Below, in pieces: positions 63,363 through 64,000 of a stretch of DNA of 64,000 bases (positions are counted from its first letter, which is position 1; each line of letters opens with the position of its first letter). The position numbers were made by a program, and so were the translations under genes. This DNA is from an uncultured Nitrososphaeraceae archaeon (GTDB lineage: Archaea > Thermoproteota > Nitrososphaeria > Nitrososphaerales > Nitrososphaeraceae). The notes below the pieces were generated by a model. The model ran no database searches, was not told where the DNA came from, and saw nothing but the letters and a program-made list of their open reading frames with translations. The stretch covers positions 64,001-128,000 of the forward strand of contig CAVZZA010000005.1 of NCBI GenBank assembly GCA_963779615.1, written 5' to 3'.

Positions 63363-63792
63363 ATGGTTGTTAAGGTTCCCCTGTCTATAAAATTAGAGGT
63401 ATTGGATGAGTGGCTACAGGGAATTACCCGTACCAAAATAGTAAGAGACAACGGCATAGGCGTTGGGACTGTAACGGATATTCATCAACAGGCCCGTAAC
63501 AAGGACATTCCTGACATTGACTTACTGAGGAAGCTTGCTTTAATGTTAAAAAAAGAAAATCTTGATGTAAATCATTTTACCTCTGCAGTTAGGATAAAAA
63601 AGTTTGGATAGAATCGCATTGCCCGAAGATAAAATAGAATAGTTACTTGAGGAGATAAATGTGCATTGCTTTAAGCGAGAAACGGAAGAAAAAGAACTAC
63701 TATCCAAACTAGATGAAATATTTTAAATGGCATATAAGTTAGATATTCCAATATCAGATGTCTTGGTAAAAATAAGTCAAAAGACAACGTGA
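63363..63792 (+). pseudogene. Disrupted gene for an N-terminal HTH plus helical protein
   Basis: VLDEWLQGITRTKIVRDNGIGVGTVTDI HTH; after a frameshift near 63600 the frame continues LDRIALPEDKIE*LLEEINVHCFK... with in-frame stops. Confidence 0.7.
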
Positions 63793-64000
63793 TTAATAGA
63801 TACTAATGAGTTATGAAAAGTGAAAAGGGTATTAGACACAGATTGAAGAATACATATGAATATTTTTTAATTCTATATAATAGAATATGGTAAATTCCGT
63901 GATACAGATAAATAAAATTGAATATAGCCCTAACAGGCACTCATTTTTTTGTTAAACCAATACAAAAATAAAATATAAAACAGGTATGTATAAAGGCTAT

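Overview
AT-rich archaeal chromosome segment, most consistent with a soil ammonia-oxidising Nitrososphaerales genome (Nitrosocosmicus-like). This assignment is inferred from the gene set (TFB, Rpo6, CdvB/ESCRT-III, aCPSF1, Gar1, eS24/eS25, proteasome alpha) and frequent TTG starts. Most of the window is housekeeping DNA: srp54, pus10, argS, purN/purS/purC, trpE, thrC, ilvD, a thiolase/DUF35 operon, the uL3-uL6 ribosomal protein cluster, tRNA-Thr(TGT) and an intron-containing tRNA-Asn(GTT). Two accessory zones (about 25.3-34.1 kb and 56-64 kb) hold the interesting material. (1) A bioA-serine recombinase-bioB-bioF block is bracketed by two near-identical 24-bp palindromic direct repeats resembling hix-type crossover sites, with a three-subsite res-like region upstream of the recombinase; it is a candidate mobile or excisable biotin cassette. 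(2) Two decayed genes for N-terminal HTH plus helical/coiled-coil proteins each have about 11-bp-periodic TCAGAT-core repeats upstream, one expanded to about 26 copies. (3) A 12 x 20-bp AT-rich tandem array follows bioF. (4) There are three ~670-bp IS6-family elements of graded age and a stack of IS remnants. An unannotated C2H2-like micro-ORF and two candidate structured RNAs were also noticed. Single-base frameshifts in aCPSF1 and bioA suggest some indels may be assembly errors. All calls were made by eye; no database searches were run.
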